From positions 1 to 63,511 of IMG/VR virus record IMGVR_UViG_3300044472_000032: DNA of 63,511 nt, one strand, 5' to 3'. Below are positions 17,806-28,269 of this stretch, in pieces. Below the pieces are notes generated by a model that saw only the letters and a list, made by a program, of their open reading frames with translations, searched no databases and was not told where the DNA came from. The DNA comes from a virus. Lineage: Duplodnaviria; Caudoviricetes. Position 1 is the first letter of the stretch. Each line of letters opens with the position of its first letter. Position numbers and translations under genes: made by a program.

Positions 17806-18307
17806 TCAAATGGCAATGAAAATTGGAGCATCCTCCGATGGCGGGGCGGCTCATAGAATAGCCATGGGCATCGAGCTGGCCATGGCTATTTCTAAAATGG
17901 TGCCAGCCCACCTGCTCGAGGGATCGGTTGATCCAGGATCGTTTGATGGTGATGATCCGGCCGACTTGATCATCGAATTAAGAATCAGATCCGCTCAAAT
18001 TGAAAGCATTCTTGAATTCAAAAGCTCGCTGTTGATAAAGGACCTGCCAGATAAAGAGATCGAGGTCGAAAGCGAATACTCAAGGGAATATCTCAGGCTA
18101 GTTGAAAAACCAGGCGAGACACACTCAACGGCTATGCGCAGGGCCAAGCTTTCAACGGCAAGGATGCGAAAAGAACTTTTTCAATTGCGCGCACTGCGCG
18201 ATTGGCTTGACGAAAAACAAGAGGCAATCCATATGCAGGTTGTTTCGCTGAGAAAGCGCCTTGGATTCATTGAGTCAACAATGCCGATAAGCGGTAATAG
18301 CAGATGA
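17789..18307 (+). CDS. Hypothetical protein
   Basis: 172 aa, helical. Confidence 0.6.
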   Translation: MSSAANQMAMKIGASSDGGAAHRIAMGIELAMAISKMVPAHLLEGSVDPGSFDGDDPADLIIELRIRSAQIESILEFKSSLLIKDLPDKEIEVESEYSREYLRLVEKPGETHSTAMRRAKLSTARMRKELFQLRALRDWLDEKQEAIHMQVVSLRKRLGFIESTMPISGNSR

Positions 18308-20352
18308 GAATAGACGATCTGCTGCACAAGCTAAAGCAGGTCAAGTCGTCCGGCGAGGATCGATGGATGGCGTGTTGCCCCGCCCATGACGACAGCACGC
18401 CGACGCTATCTATTCGAAAAAGCGGCGATCGAATCCTTTTGAAATGCTTTGCTAATTGCGAAACGGCTTCGGTGTTATCTGCTCTCGAAATTGAATCAAG
18501 GGATCTTTTTGATGACAACCAAACGGAGTGGAAGAAAAACAACTCAATCAGCTCAGCTTTGCAAATCAAAAAATCGACCAATAAAGCCAGCGACGAAGTA
18601 AAGCCGTCACTGGCTTTATTATCGAAGAAGTTTAAGTTGCCGGTGGATCATTTGAAATCTATCGGACTGGCTGACTGCTCGCGCGGCGTTGAGATACCGT
18701 ACCGCAATTTCGACGGATCGTTAGCGTTCTCCCGGCATCGCGTCGCCATGGGTGGCGGCCGAAAGGTAATGCAGCCAAAGGGAATCACCCTGATACCCTA
18801 TGGCCGCGAGCGATTGTCCGATTTGCGAGCATTGCCGAAAGATCAAAGATCCTTGGTGATAGTCGAGGGTGAATCCGATTGCTGGACATTGTGGCGATGT
18901 GGAATTCCAGCAATTGGGCTTCCTGGAGCTTCGAGCACTAAATGCCTAGAGTCGGAAGATGTAAAGAGAATAACTAGGATATTCGGTATTCAGGAAAGCG
19001 ATGAGGCTGGCCACAAGTTTGTTAAGTCTCTCAAGTCTAGGCTTGACGACATCGGATGGAATGGAGAATACCGGGTAATCAGAATGATGGATCCGATAAA
19101 GGATCCGGCCGAGCTTTGGAAATCTAACCCGGCAAAGTTCAAAAAGACATTCACCGAGCTGGCCATGGCTTCTGCGATTTATGGCGAAGAAGAAAAGGAA
19201 GAAGACGGCGGAGAAGATCTGCTCGAATCATTAACCTATAGGGTTGACGCAATCGATCGAAAGCCGGTCACTTTTTTATGGGAACCGTATATCCCTAAAA
19301 GTGTGATTACCATGTTTGCTGGTACGCCCGGACTCGGCAAAAGCTTTGTGAGCTGTTCGCTTGCCGCGATGGTGTCATCCGGAGATTACCTGCCAGGTAT
19401 GGACGTATTCGGCGAAGTGAAGCCACCGCCACCCGCCAGGGTTTTAATGTTTTGTACAGAAGACAATGCGAATACCACGGTAAGGCCGCGCCTTGAAGAC
19501 TGCGGCGCAAATATGAAAAACATCAGGGTATTTAGCGGTCGCAATAAGGACGGGAACGAGGTTAAGTTGTCATTCGGCGACAGGGGATTTGAGGTCTTAC
19601 GAAAGCTCATTACGGCATGGAAGCCGGAGCTGGTTATTTTTGATCCGATGGTGTCATTTACCGGATCAAAAATCGACATGAATCAACAGAACCAAGTTCG
19701 CGGCGTATTGGAGCCGCTGATTAGAATTGCCGAGGAATCCAATATTGCAATCATGCTTGTGGCACACGCAACAAAGGGCGACCTCGCCGCGGTAATGGGG
19801 AGCCAGGATTTTACGGCAGCGCCGCGTTCGGTGATTATTGCGCACCCTGATCCGGAAATAGAGCACGGGGAAGAGGGTTGCCTCTTGGTGCACGCGAAAA
19901 AGAATCTCACGCGGAGCGGTCAGACTTGGCGTGTTAGAATCGACGGGGCTCGAGTTAATTGGATTGAGGCGGTAGACGTAAATCTAACCGAGATAAAAGC
20001 GGCAACCGAAGCCAAGGTGCGCTCGCATGTTTCTCCGGCAGATGTCCTATCGTGGCTCAAAGAGGAGCTGCGACACGGGTCACACGGTGGCACACAGGAC
20101 GCGCTCGGGCTGTGGTGGGTACCGCTGCCGACCATCATGCAGCGAGCGTCAAAGTACGGCTACCCGCGCGGCATGGTGCATTCTGCGCGCAGCGAAATGG
20201 GGAATGTGGTGCAGCGGGAGCGCGGCAGCGAGAAATCTACGATGCATTGGGCGATCGACGTGGCCGCTGGTACGAAAGACAGGCACGGCGCCAGGGTGCG
20301 CAAGATGCCCGACTACGGGGATAGCGGAAGCGGAGAGAGCGCCGACTGGTAG
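18304..20352 (+). CDS. Primase-helicase (Zn-binding, TOPRIM and RecA-like AAA_25 domains)
   Basis: CCPAHDD...KCFANC; VEGESD; GTPGLGKS; VIFDP; LVAH. Confidence 0.85.
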   Translation: MRIDDLLHKLKQVKSSGEDRWMACCPAHDDSTPTLSIRKSGDRILLKCFANCETASVLSALEIESRDLFDDNQTEWKKNNSISSALQIKKSTNKASDEVKPSLALLSKKFKLPVDHLKSIGLADCSRGVEIPYRNFDGSLAFSRHRVAMGGGRKVMQPKGITLIPYGRERLSDLRALPKDQRSLVIVEGESDCWTLWRCGIPAIGLPGASSTKCLESEDVKRITRIFGIQESDEAGHKFVKSLKSRLDDIGWNGEYRVIRMMDPIKDPAELWKSNPAKFKKTFTELAMASAIYGEEEKEEDGGEDLLESLTYRVDAIDRKPVTFLWEPYIPKSVITMFAGTPGLGKSFVSCSLAAMVSSGDYLPGMDVFGEVKPPPPARVLMFCTEDNANTTVRPRLEDCGANMKNIRVFSGRNKDGNEVKLSFGDRGFEVLRKLITAWKPELVIFDPMVSFTGSKIDMNQQNQVRGVLEPLIRIAEESNIAIMLVAHATKGDLAAVMGSQDFTAAPRSVIIAHPDPEIEHGEEGCLLVHAKKNLTRSGQTWRVRIDGARVNWIEAVDVNLTEIKAATEAKVRSHVSPADVLSWLKEELRHGSHGGTQDALGLWWVPLPTIMQRASKYGYPRGMVHSARSEMGNVVQRERGSEKSTMHWAIDVAAGTKDRHGARVRKMPDYGDSGSGESADW

Positions 20353-20373
20353 CGCGAAAAGTCGATGCGTAGA

Positions 20374-20413
20374 CAAGCAAAAAGCCCGGCTAGGTTGCCG
20401 GGCTTTTTGCTTG
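20374..20413. terminator. Bidirectional intrinsic terminator
   Basis: 17-bp perfect inverted repeat with A/T tracts, between convergent genes. Confidence 0.85.
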
Positions 20414-20430
20414 AATTGGATAATCGCTTT

Positions 20431-20814
20431 TTATTCTGTGTTCCGAGGAGCAAACGGAACGGCGACCATGCGACATCCAGAAACCTCGGCCCAGGGACGC
20501 CAGGCACCGCCGCCACATTCTACCGCGCGTTCGTGGCCATCAACGATGCGAATGGTGCAATACACGTAGCCGTCGTTATTAGTATCGCGGCCGGCGCAGC
20601 TGATTCCGACAACGGACAATCCGAGCTCGGTGGCGTAACTTTGCGCCTCGGCCTTCGCGACATCACCTCGGGCGATGAATCGAACCCCGGAACATGCGCC
20701 AACTGTGGAGATCACCCATGCCACCGCAATGTTCGCAAGCAGTGCGGATCCGCCGCATCCAATGATTTCGAGCAGTGTCGCAGACCTGCCCGAGGATAAC
20801 GCTGATCGTGCCAT
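20431..20814 (-). CDS. Membrane-anchored Cys-containing hypothetical protein
   Basis: N-terminal hydrophobic segment; DTNNDGYVYC. Confidence 0.6.
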   Translation of the reverse strand: MARSALSSGRSATLLEIIGCGGSALLANIAVAWVISTVGACSGVRFIARGDVAKAEAQSYATELGLSVVGISCAGRDTNNDGYVYCTIRIVDGHERAVECGGGAWRPWAEVSGCRMVAVPFAPRNTE

Positions 20815-20815
20815 T

Positions 20816-21259
20816 TCAGACCCCGCCTTCGTTGTCGAGAAGTCCTTGAATTTCCATGGCGGCATGGAGATAGGGCAGGATCCGCGGCTCGTTGACCATC
20901 ACCGACCCGCCCTCGGGCAATAGCTGGCGGATAGCCGACACGATCTCCGCCAGCGCGATTGAAGGATCCATGCCGGCGTCGAGATCCCGGATGCTGTATC
21001 GTCGCGTGTAGACGACGGCGTCATCCTGCCAATGCCCTGCCGAACGGCGAGCGACTGAACCCACTGGCCATCCATGGCTCCCAGGCTCCGAGGTGTGTTT
21101 ATGGACAAGTACCCATGCAGCCGACGGGGCCGGGCCGATGCCGCCATTGATGCTCACTACGTATTTCGGCGATTCAACGGCGAGTGCCACAAGATCGAGG
21201 CCGCGGGCGCGCGGGTAGAGAATGACTGCGGCAACATCGGCGACGATTCCAGTGCTCAT
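20816..21259 (-). CDS. Hypothetical protein, first gene under P5
   Basis: SD TGAGGAG. Confidence 0.7.
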   Translation of the reverse strand: MSTGIVADVAAVILYPRARGLDLVALAVESPKYVVSINGGIGPAPSAAWVLVHKHTSEPGSHGWPVGSVARRSAGHWQDDAVVYTRRYSIRDLDAGMDPSIALAEIVSAIRQLLPEGGSVMVNEPRILPYLHAAMEIQGLLDNEGGV

Positions 21260-21314
21260 GTTCGAATCTCCTCAGATCGTCCGGGTTGGCTCTATCACCT
21301 CCCCGATGCCAAAG

Positions 21315-21344
21315 ACTATTTCACGGCACAATGCACCATGTCAA
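21315..21344 (-). promoter_or_regulatory. Repeated promoter P5 (variant)
   Basis: TTGACA-tggtgcattgtgccgtga-AATAGT; spacer related to P1. Confidence 0.65.
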
Positions 21345-21416
21345 GCGGCAAGCTCTAAAAAAGTCTCGAGATTCATCTTTTTGAATCTCTATCGACCTCT
21401 CCAGCCTTCGTAACAA

Positions 21417-21547
21417 TCCAGGTGCGACATTTTGCCGCACCTGGAGCCATGTTGTTACCCTGCGTAACGCCTACTGCGACAAAATGTCGCACCTGCTGGC
21501 TGGAAGCTGACAAATAGTGTCAAGTGCGGCATTTTGTCGCACTTGAC
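21417..21547. repeat. Three palindromes TGCGRCA-WWW-TGYCGCA
   Basis: Centres at about 21431, 21483 and 21533. Confidence 0.8.
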
Positions 21548-21817
21548 GGCTTCGCCGGCCCTGATTTACCCTCCGTCCATGCAAAACACAGCACAGCAGC
21601 CGGATCGCAACTGGCTGCGGGGATATGGCGCGCGGCGCCTCCCTTCGAGGGTCTCAGCCCAACCGGCTGAGCGGGCACTCCGCAGTGAGTCCCTGCCCGG
21701 GAGCGCTATGCGCACGGACTGGCGTAACGCCGCACCTCGGCGGCAATCAGGTAGACGCGAGAGGAAATCCGGGCAACGGCCAGCTGGTCTCAGATGCTGG
21801 ATCGGAGGACACGCGAC

Positions 21818-21976
21818 ATGAGCGGCACCGATTACGGGTACGCCCCGGTCCTATGGGATTCGGCCCTCGCGGGTCGTAAACAGAAACTAACTCTCGCGAA
21901 TGCCCTGCGACGGGTAACTGACCGCCTTGCCTGGCAAAAAACACCCAGAACCCACCCAGGGAGGCTAAACCACTAA
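21818..21976 (+). CDS. Small hypothetical protein
   Basis: SD GGAGG before ATG21818. Confidence 0.4.
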   Translation: MSGTDYGYAPVLWDSALAGRKQKLTLANALRRVTDRLAWQKTPRTHPGRLNH

Positions 21977-22249
21977 AAGTAACAAAAAACACAACCTGAT
22001 TTTATATAACGCGCGCTTCGCGCTGGCGTGTACCTCCAACTACCCGGGATCATAGATTAGGGTGGTAATAACAGGGTATAAAACAGGGTACAATTTTTGA
22101 GTTACTATTGTGGCTAGCCTTTTTGGGTTGGTTTTAGGTGGTTTTTATTTATTTGCCAGATCTGGGGCGCTTAGTTATTATCCCGAGGGATCCCGGTATG
22201 CCCTGCGCGATGGCCGCGGCGGGGAAACGGGAAAAACAGGCAGGGACAT

Positions 22250-23233
22250 ATGAGCGAAAGCGAGCAGGTAGAGGACATGAGCAACGGAGAATCCTGGTAT
22301 GAGGACATCGAGGAGCTCTTGACGGACAAAGAGCGCCAGCCGCTCGGCATGCAGCTGGCGACCGTCACTAGCGAGATTGCGAAAATCGAGGCCGAGAAGT
22401 CGATCGCCGTGCGCGGGTTCAAGGACCGCCTCGATTCGCTCGAAGGCACGCAGCGCGAGCTGTCGCGTGGCATGCTCACCGGCGTTATGAAGCGCGTGCG
22501 GCCAATGGTCAAAATTTTCGATCAGTTTCGCCAGCTCGTCTATCACGTGGTGGCGGACTCGAATCCGCCGATCATCACGCACGTGCGCAACATGGACGAT
22601 TTGGAAATGGAACGCGATCATGGCGGCGAGGTCGACGGCGCGATTGTCGAAGCGGCTACCGCGTGGCTAGGCAAGCATCGCGCGCCAATCAAATCCATGA
22701 TGGCCGAGAATGCCCGCGAAGCGGAGAAAAAGCGCGGACCTGGTCGGCCTCCGAAAGTGGTAGCGGCTGGCCCAAAACCTGCCGCTGGATCTAAAAAGGA
22801 AGCGGCGCCTAAATTTGACGTCACGGCGGTTAAGGGTATTTCTCCGAAAGTCAAGGCCGACCTACTCAAAGCCGGGCTGAGGACGGCTGGCGATATCCTG
22901 GACGCGGGCGAGGAAGGCCTAGCTAGCGTCAAGGGTATGGGCAAAATTCGCGCCTTCAACCTGATCGCCTATTGCCGCGAGTGGGCGCCTGGTCACGTTG
23001 CCGCTACTCCTGCGGCGGTCGCCAGGCTTGAGGCTTCGCCCCTGGCGAAACCGGCGAAGGCCGGCAAAAAGAAGGCGATCAACCTCGATGAGATCTTCGC
23101 GGCGGATGGCGATGACGAAGGCGAAGGCGCGGCGGCCGATGCTCTCAATAGCGCCATCGGCGATGACGAAGCCGCCGAGGGCGCTATTGAGCTCGATGTC
23201 GAGGATGCCCAGTACGATCCTGATGAGGACTGA
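22250..23233 (+). CDS. DNA-binding protein with AT-hook-like and helix-hairpin-helix motifs
   Basis: KRGPGRPPK; VKGISPK...LASVKGMGKIRA; acidic tail. Confidence 0.7.
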   Translation: MSESEQVEDMSNGESWYEDIEELLTDKERQPLGMQLATVTSEIAKIEAEKSIAVRGFKDRLDSLEGTQRELSRGMLTGVMKRVRPMVKIFDQFRQLVYHVVADSNPPIITHVRNMDDLEMERDHGGEVDGAIVEAATAWLGKHRAPIKSMMAENAREAEKKRGPGRPPKVVAAGPKPAAGSKKEAAPKFDVTAVKGISPKVKADLLKAGLRTAGDILDAGEEGLASVKGMGKIRAFNLIAYCREWAPGHVAATPAAVARLEASPLAKPAKAGKKKAINLDEIFAADGDDEGEGAAADALNSAIGDDEAAEGAIELDVEDAQYDPDED

Positions 23234-23246
23234 GCCGGGCCGAGGA

Positions 23247-23444
23247 TCAGGTTAGGCAGGCATCGAGGATCCCTAGGGATCCGCAAGAGGCGGCCATCAT
23301 GGTCGCCTCTTGCTTTTGATGGGGTTGCAGGAGGGCATAGGGGCAGGCGTCGCCGCGCTCCAGGGCCGCAAGGGCCTCCGGCACGGTGGCGACGGTAGCG
23401 GGCGCCACGGGGGCGCTGTGGGGCTGGTGGGTGATGGTTGGCAT
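23247..23444 (-). CDS. Small hypothetical protein under P6
   Basis: SD GGAGG before ATG23444. Confidence 0.5.
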   Translation of the reverse strand: MPTITHQPHSAPVAPATVATVPEALAALERGDACPYALLQPHQKQEATMMAASCGSLGILDACLT

Positions 23445-23492
23445 GTGATCCTCCCGGTGGGCAGCTCCCGTGCCGCCCTTGCCGTTGATAGG

Positions 23493-23521
23493 ATGGTACA
23501 GCGTACCCTCTAGCAATGCAA
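23493..23521 (-). promoter_or_regulatory. Promoter P6 with shifted operator-like site
   Basis: TTGCAT-17 nt-TACCAT; GGTAC-gct-GTACC overlaps the -10 box. Confidence 0.5.
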
Positions 23522-23752
23522 GAGAAATTTTCAGCGGATTGACGGCGGGTTCGCCGCCCATCGGTTGATCCGCAGACCTGGCAGCGCTCAGATGTGGCCC
23601 CGGCTAACCCGGCTCGAAGCCGAGTTTTTGATTTCCATTCAAAGCTTTTCGATGTTCGCTTTTGCAAATTTCCAGCCGCTTCGCTTACCATAGCGCCATA
23701 ACGGGGGCGTGATGCCCTGCTGATTTTTTGGCGAGATGCTAGGCGAGATGCC

Positions 23753-24661
23753 ATGAAAAAGCGAGATGATGACGAAACCCGGCCCCATGCAAGTGCCGCC
23801 GCGGCAGGGGTAGATAGCTACGAAGACGAAGCGGCCGAGATCGATAGCCATTTCCCATTTGATCGCCTCTGCCCGTGGGCAATAGGCAGGAAATCCGGAT
23901 CTGTCGCAAAAATGATCCCGGCATCTCGCCAGGAGTTTTTTTTTCAGGCTATTTCGTTTGCTGGTGTTTCCGAGCGCGAGGCTCTTAATTTCGCCGGCAT
24001 TAACGCTGGCCCGTGGTCAAGATTTAAGCGCGTTGCGGAGGAGTGCGCCAAAGCGCTGCGCGATGGCTGGAGTGAGCGCGGGAGCATCGCGGAAATGCGG
24101 ATGGCCGCCCGCCGCATCAAGCTCCCTATCAGCGACGATGACGGCCCGGCCGATCTCCGAATGCAGCTCGCCGAGCCTGAGCAGTATGCCGCGTTCTGGC
24201 GTCGCTACATTTCGTCGCACGTCGAAAGCGAGGTTGCGGCCGCGCGCCAGGTGCATAAGCTCGCCGTTGGTGGCGAGTATTTTACCGATCCGGATACCGG
24301 CGATAAAAAGTTCAGGCCGCTGGAAACCCGCACCGAGACAATTGATTACGAGCTGGATAAGCCGCTACCGGGCATTTCTGCAACCGGAAGGGTTGCCGTA
24401 CCTAATCAGGTCAAATGGCGTCCAATTAAGCGTCGCGTAACGGTAGAAACGCATCCGCCCAATTTTCAGGCTCTTGTTTTTATTTTGGTGCAGCGGTATT
24501 CGGAGCGCTGGAATAGTCGCAAGGGCGGAGTTGCTGGAAAGCCGGCGTTTGAATTTGCCGCTGAAATCATGGCAGCTATTGACGCTGCGAATGATTCTGT
24601 TCCGGTTGATATCGCCGGATCTGACGATTCGGAAGTTAGAATAAATCCTGGGAAAAAGTAG
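23753..24661 (+). CDS. Putative terminase small subunit
   Basis: Directly upstream of TerL; HPPNFQALVFIL..RY.ERW motif of TerS-like proteins. Confidence 0.55.
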   Translation: MKKRDDDETRPHASAAAAGVDSYEDEAAEIDSHFPFDRLCPWAIGRKSGSVAKMIPASRQEFFFQAISFAGVSEREALNFAGINAGPWSRFKRVAEECAKALRDGWSERGSIAEMRMAARRIKLPISDDDGPADLRMQLAEPEQYAAFWRRYISSHVESEVAAARQVHKLAVGGEYFTDPDTGDKKFRPLETRTETIDYELDKPLPGISATGRVAVPNQVKWRPIKRRVTVETHPPNFQALVFILVQRYSERWNSRKGGVAGKPAFEFAAEIMAAIDAANDSVPVDIAGSDDSEVRINPGKK

Positions 24662-24668
24662 CTGGCTG

Positions 24669-26012
24669 ATGAGCGGTCAGCAGCCAGCAATCCCGCGGAT
24701 TAGTTCCCGTTGGTACCCGCTGAGGTACCACGAAGGGCAAGCCGCGTTTTGGAAATCAAAAGCAAGATTCAAAATAATCGCGGCCGGCCGTCGATCCGGA
24801 AAAACAGAGCTGGCTAAAAGATGGCTTGTTAAAAAGGCGCTCGAGTGCCGCCGGGCCGATGGCAGGTTTTGCTTTCTGGCTCCCACCAGGCCACAGGCTA
24901 AGTCTATTTTCTGGAAAGATCTAAAGGAACTTGTTCCTCATCATCTAAGACTATGCGATCCCATGGAGAGCGAGCTTTGCGTTCAATTAATCCATGGTCC
25001 GTGCATTTGGGTGCTGAGCCTGGATATGCCGGCTCGTATCGAGGGCGTGCCATGGGACGCCATCGTTATTGATGAATTTCCAGATGCTCCGGCAGATTCG
25101 TGGTCCGAACATGTTCGGCCGACGCTTTCCACTGTCGACCGGTTGGGGCAAGCGGTTATTTGCGGCGTACCTCAGGGAAGAGATCATTTTTATACCATGT
25201 GGACCGATAGCATGGCAGATGATGATTACGATCGATTTACTTGGTGGTCTAGCACTGTAATTGGAGATGCCGAGGATTCAAAGGCTAAAAGAGAGCTTGA
25301 TGAAGATACATATAATCAGGAATATCGCGCGTCATGGGTTTCTTATAAGGGCCGCGTTTATAGGTATTTCAGCGAAGCCAGCCATGTCCGCCCGTGTCGG
25401 GGTCTATATTCAATTGATCGCCCGCTGTCTATTGCGCTTGATTTTAATGTGGAGCCCGGTAGTGGTGTAGTTATCCAGGAACACCCTAATCCTTTCGGCA
25501 ATGGCCCCGAGACTTTAATTCTTGATGAGCTGCATATTCAGCGTGACAGCGACACGCGGCTGATAACACAACAGTTTTGCGAGAGATGGGCTGGCCACCC
25601 TGGGAAAATTAATGTGTTCGGAGACGCGTCCGGAGGCGCCAGGGACACGCGGAATTTTTCCTCTACTGACTGGTCGATAGTAAAAACCGAGCTTTCCAAT
25701 AATTTCCAGGAAATAACGTTTCGCGTGCCGCGGGCAAATCCTCGGCAAATTGATCGGATATCCTCCGTCAACAGCCGGCTTATGACTGCCGAAAAAATAT
25801 CGCGTCTACGGATCGACCCGCGCTGCAAGCAGACCATCATGGATTTCGATGGTGTCAAGTGGCGGCATGGCGTGCGCGAGATTGACAAGAGTGACCACCT
25901 TCGCACCCACTGGGCGGACGGGGTTGGGTACTACCTGCATTACGTCTACCCGGCCGGCCGCGAAGGCAGGCCCCATGGCCGGCCAAAAAAATATCTTGAT
26001 ATTACGGTGTAA
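24669..26012 (+). CDS. terL: Terminase large subunit
   Basis: AGRRSGKT, APTRPQAK, IVIDE, LDFNV, GDASG, HWADG. Confidence 0.92.
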   Translation: MSGQQPAIPRISSRWYPLRYHEGQAAFWKSKARFKIIAAGRRSGKTELAKRWLVKKALECRRADGRFCFLAPTRPQAKSIFWKDLKELVPHHLRLCDPMESELCVQLIHGPCIWVLSLDMPARIEGVPWDAIVIDEFPDAPADSWSEHVRPTLSTVDRLGQAVICGVPQGRDHFYTMWTDSMADDDYDRFTWWSSTVIGDAEDSKAKRELDEDTYNQEYRASWVSYKGRVYRYFSEASHVRPCRGLYSIDRPLSIALDFNVEPGSGVVIQEHPNPFGNGPETLILDELHIQRDSDTRLITQQFCERWAGHPGKINVFGDASGGARDTRNFSSTDWSIVKTELSNNFQEITFRVPRANPRQIDRISSVNSRLMTAEKISRLRIDPRCKQTIMDFDGVKWRHGVREIDKSDHLRTHWADGVGYYLHYVYPAGREGRPHGRPKKYLDITV

Positions 26013-26078
26013 CTTGTTTAGGATCTTCTGGCTGGCGCTGCGGCCGATTCTGGCTCGCGCTGAGTACAGGAGGCCCCT

Positions 26079-27476
26079 ATGGTCAAGGCGGCGAATGCGC
26101 CAAAAAAGCGGCGCAGTGGTAGCGGTATTGCAGCGGGCATCGGTGGCGATGACGTAGAGCTCGATGGGCGCCAGGGCGGCTTATTGGCCCTCCTGGGTGG
26201 CTTTAGGCCTCTGCCAGCTGGTCGCATGCGCCTGGTGGTCCCAGTAGCCACTCTGGCCGCCGAGCTGGCCATGGCGGAGCGTTTCCGTCGGGCTGGTGTC
26301 TCCAGAATCGCGCGCGGGAAATCTCCGGTCGACGGAGGAATGTTACTGACGGCCAGCGCCACGGCCAGCGCCACGGCTGGGAAGCTCTTGTTTTTCACGA
26401 CTGACGGCAACCGGTCTGCAAAATTTGCCATTGCTGCCGAGGTCGAGCGGCCGGCTGCTGCGCTCACCAGCTGGAAGGCAGTTGTCGACGCCGCTAAGAT
26501 CCTGCAGATCGCGGGCGCGTGTTCGGGGCGTATTGCGTTTGAGTTTTTGCCTGACGCTCAGGAATTCTATGTCCTGACCGAAACTGGCGCGATTTATCGC
26601 CTGCGCCAGCTTGCGGAAGAGGATCGCTACCCTCAGGAGCCAATGAATTCGGACTCTGAAGTACGCTATGTGGAGGTTACTCATAGCGTACTCTCGCGGT
26701 CGCTGGCGCGGGTGCTGCCGCTTATGGGCGCGAAGGATTCTTGTCCCATTCAGATCCGCCTGGCTGGTGGTCTCGCCATGGTCGCCGGGACGGATACGCG
26801 CCGCTTAATATGGGCGGTTGATGATGATGAGTGTCTTGCGGCAAATCCTGTTGAGTCCGCAATCGTTGCACTGGTCGACGAGGATGATGTTCGGCTGGTA
26901 GCTGATGCAATTGGTGAAGATGTCGATTCAGTTGTAACCATTGGCATGGTTGCCGATCGTGGTCTTTCTTTTCGCAGCTCAAGTCTGGGCAGGGAGTTTT
27001 TCTTTAGGCTTGCGGCAGATGGATTTCCTGCTGTTGAAAAGTTTGTTAGGTCGGTTGATTGCAAAAATTTGGAAGAGGCGAGGTTTAATAAAGCCGAGTT
27101 GCTCCAGGCCATTGGAATTGTGGCCACGGCTGATGCAATGGCGTTAGTGCTGAGCATCGATGCCGATTCTGGCGAGTGCGCCATGAGCGCAAGGGGTGAT
27201 GATACTCGCGGATATGTTGATAGTGTTTCTACCGTATTGGGCTGCGAATATTCTGGAATGTCAGGCTTGAAGGGAGCGGTAGCCCTGCGGCATCTGCTGG
27301 ATGCCGTTGAGTCTATAGGCGACGAAGACGTTAAGATCTTTTTTTGTTGCGAGTCGGCTGGCGATGGTTATGTTGCAAATCAATACAGGGTTACGGACGG
27401 CAACGGCGCGCCGTCCATGGCGATGGATGAACCGTGGGTAGTCAGTGTTTTGCTCCCTGTTTCTGGGGTGATTTGA
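26079..27476 (+). CDS. Divergent DNA polymerase III beta-clamp-like protein
   Basis: GTDTRRL and TTDGNR (ATDGHRL-like), FPAVEKFV, ALRHLLDAVESI..EDVKI, VLLPV C-terminus. Confidence 0.6.
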   Translation: MVKAANAPKKRRSGSGIAAGIGGDDVELDGRQGGLLALLGGFRPLPAGRMRLVVPVATLAAELAMAERFRRAGVSRIARGKSPVDGGMLLTASATASATAGKLLFFTTDGNRSAKFAIAAEVERPAAALTSWKAVVDAAKILQIAGACSGRIAFEFLPDAQEFYVLTETGAIYRLRQLAEEDRYPQEPMNSDSEVRYVEVTHSVLSRSLARVLPLMGAKDSCPIQIRLAGGLAMVAGTDTRRLIWAVDDDECLAANPVESAIVALVDEDDVRLVADAIGEDVDSVVTIGMVADRGLSFRSSSLGREFFFRLAADGFPAVEKFVRSVDCKNLEEARFNKAELLQAIGIVATADAMALVLSIDADSGECAMSARGDDTRGYVDSVSTVLGCEYSGMSGLKGAVALRHLLDAVESIGDEDVKIFFCCESAGDGYVANQYRVTDGNGAPSMAMDEPWVVSVLLPVSGVI

Positions 27477-27477
27477 A

Positions 27478-28269
27478 ATGCAGCAGTTTTCGATGTTCGA
27501 AGACGTGTTGGAGGCCGATGATATCGAGCCGATTGAAAGCATTATAGATCGGTGTGAAATGGCATTCGAGCCAGGTATCGACAGCGCAGGGCTGATCGAT
27601 TTGGTTTCGAGCAAGAAGTTTCATCCTGTTGAAATCAAGGCCGGCCCGGCGCTCGGAATATTCAATTCTCCGAATGGGCTGGTTATTGTTTTCGCTGGCG
27701 GGCTCTCTAAGCGGCCAGAAAATTTCATGCAGGGTTACAAAGGCCGGGTTGTTTGGCTTTCAGCTCTCGAATGGCTGGAGGTTATCAGTAGTGGCCAAGA
27801 CGTAGACAGGTTGAGAATTTCCAAGAATTTTCTCTATAGTCTCTCGGCCATTATTGGTGTCAAGGAAATGTTTTCTGGATCAATTCGGCTTTCTGTTGGT
27901 GTCAAGATTCTGGCTTTTGGGATAGATCCATGCCGCTGTCCGGAATGGCGTGATTATCTCAACGAAATGCGCGCCAACGATCCCGATGTCTACCGGCAAT
28001 GGTTGGAATATGCGAAGCTCTCAGCAGGGGCGCTTTGCGACGGCGCTCCTGCTGAGTTTATTCCGCCATGGGCGAAAAAGACCGCACAAAGCTGGGCGCT
28101 CGCGCAATTGTCTCGCCGCGGCAGGGTGGCTTTGTTGCCGCCGTGGTACGCGCCCTCGCCGAAAGGGGAATGGATAAACCATCTTCGTGCCAGGCTGATT
28201 GAGTGGGAGGAAGATTCGGTGGAGAGGAACTATGAGATATCAAAGAGGGCGCGCACCAATGGCGGCTAG
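27478..28269 (+). CDS. Hypothetical protein
   Basis: 263-aa ORF in operon. Confidence 0.65.
   Translation: MQQFSMFEDVLEADDIEPIESIIDRCEMAFEPGIDSAGLIDLVSSKKFHPVEIKAGPALGIFNSPNGLVIVFAGGLSKRPENFMQGYKGRVVWLSALEWLEVISSGQDVDRLRISKNFLYSLSAIIGVKEMFSGSIRLSVGVKILAFGIDPCRCPEWRDYLNEMRANDPDVYRQWLEYAKLSAGALCDGAPAEFIPPWAKKTAQSWALAQLSRRGRVALLPPWYAPSPKGEWINHLRARLIEWEEDSVERNYEISKRARTNGG

Noticed and set aside
20740-20814. Type IV prepilin-like N-terminus (RSATLLEII)
   Set aside because: Lacks the Gly-Phe cleavage site, and the following segment is not pilin-like
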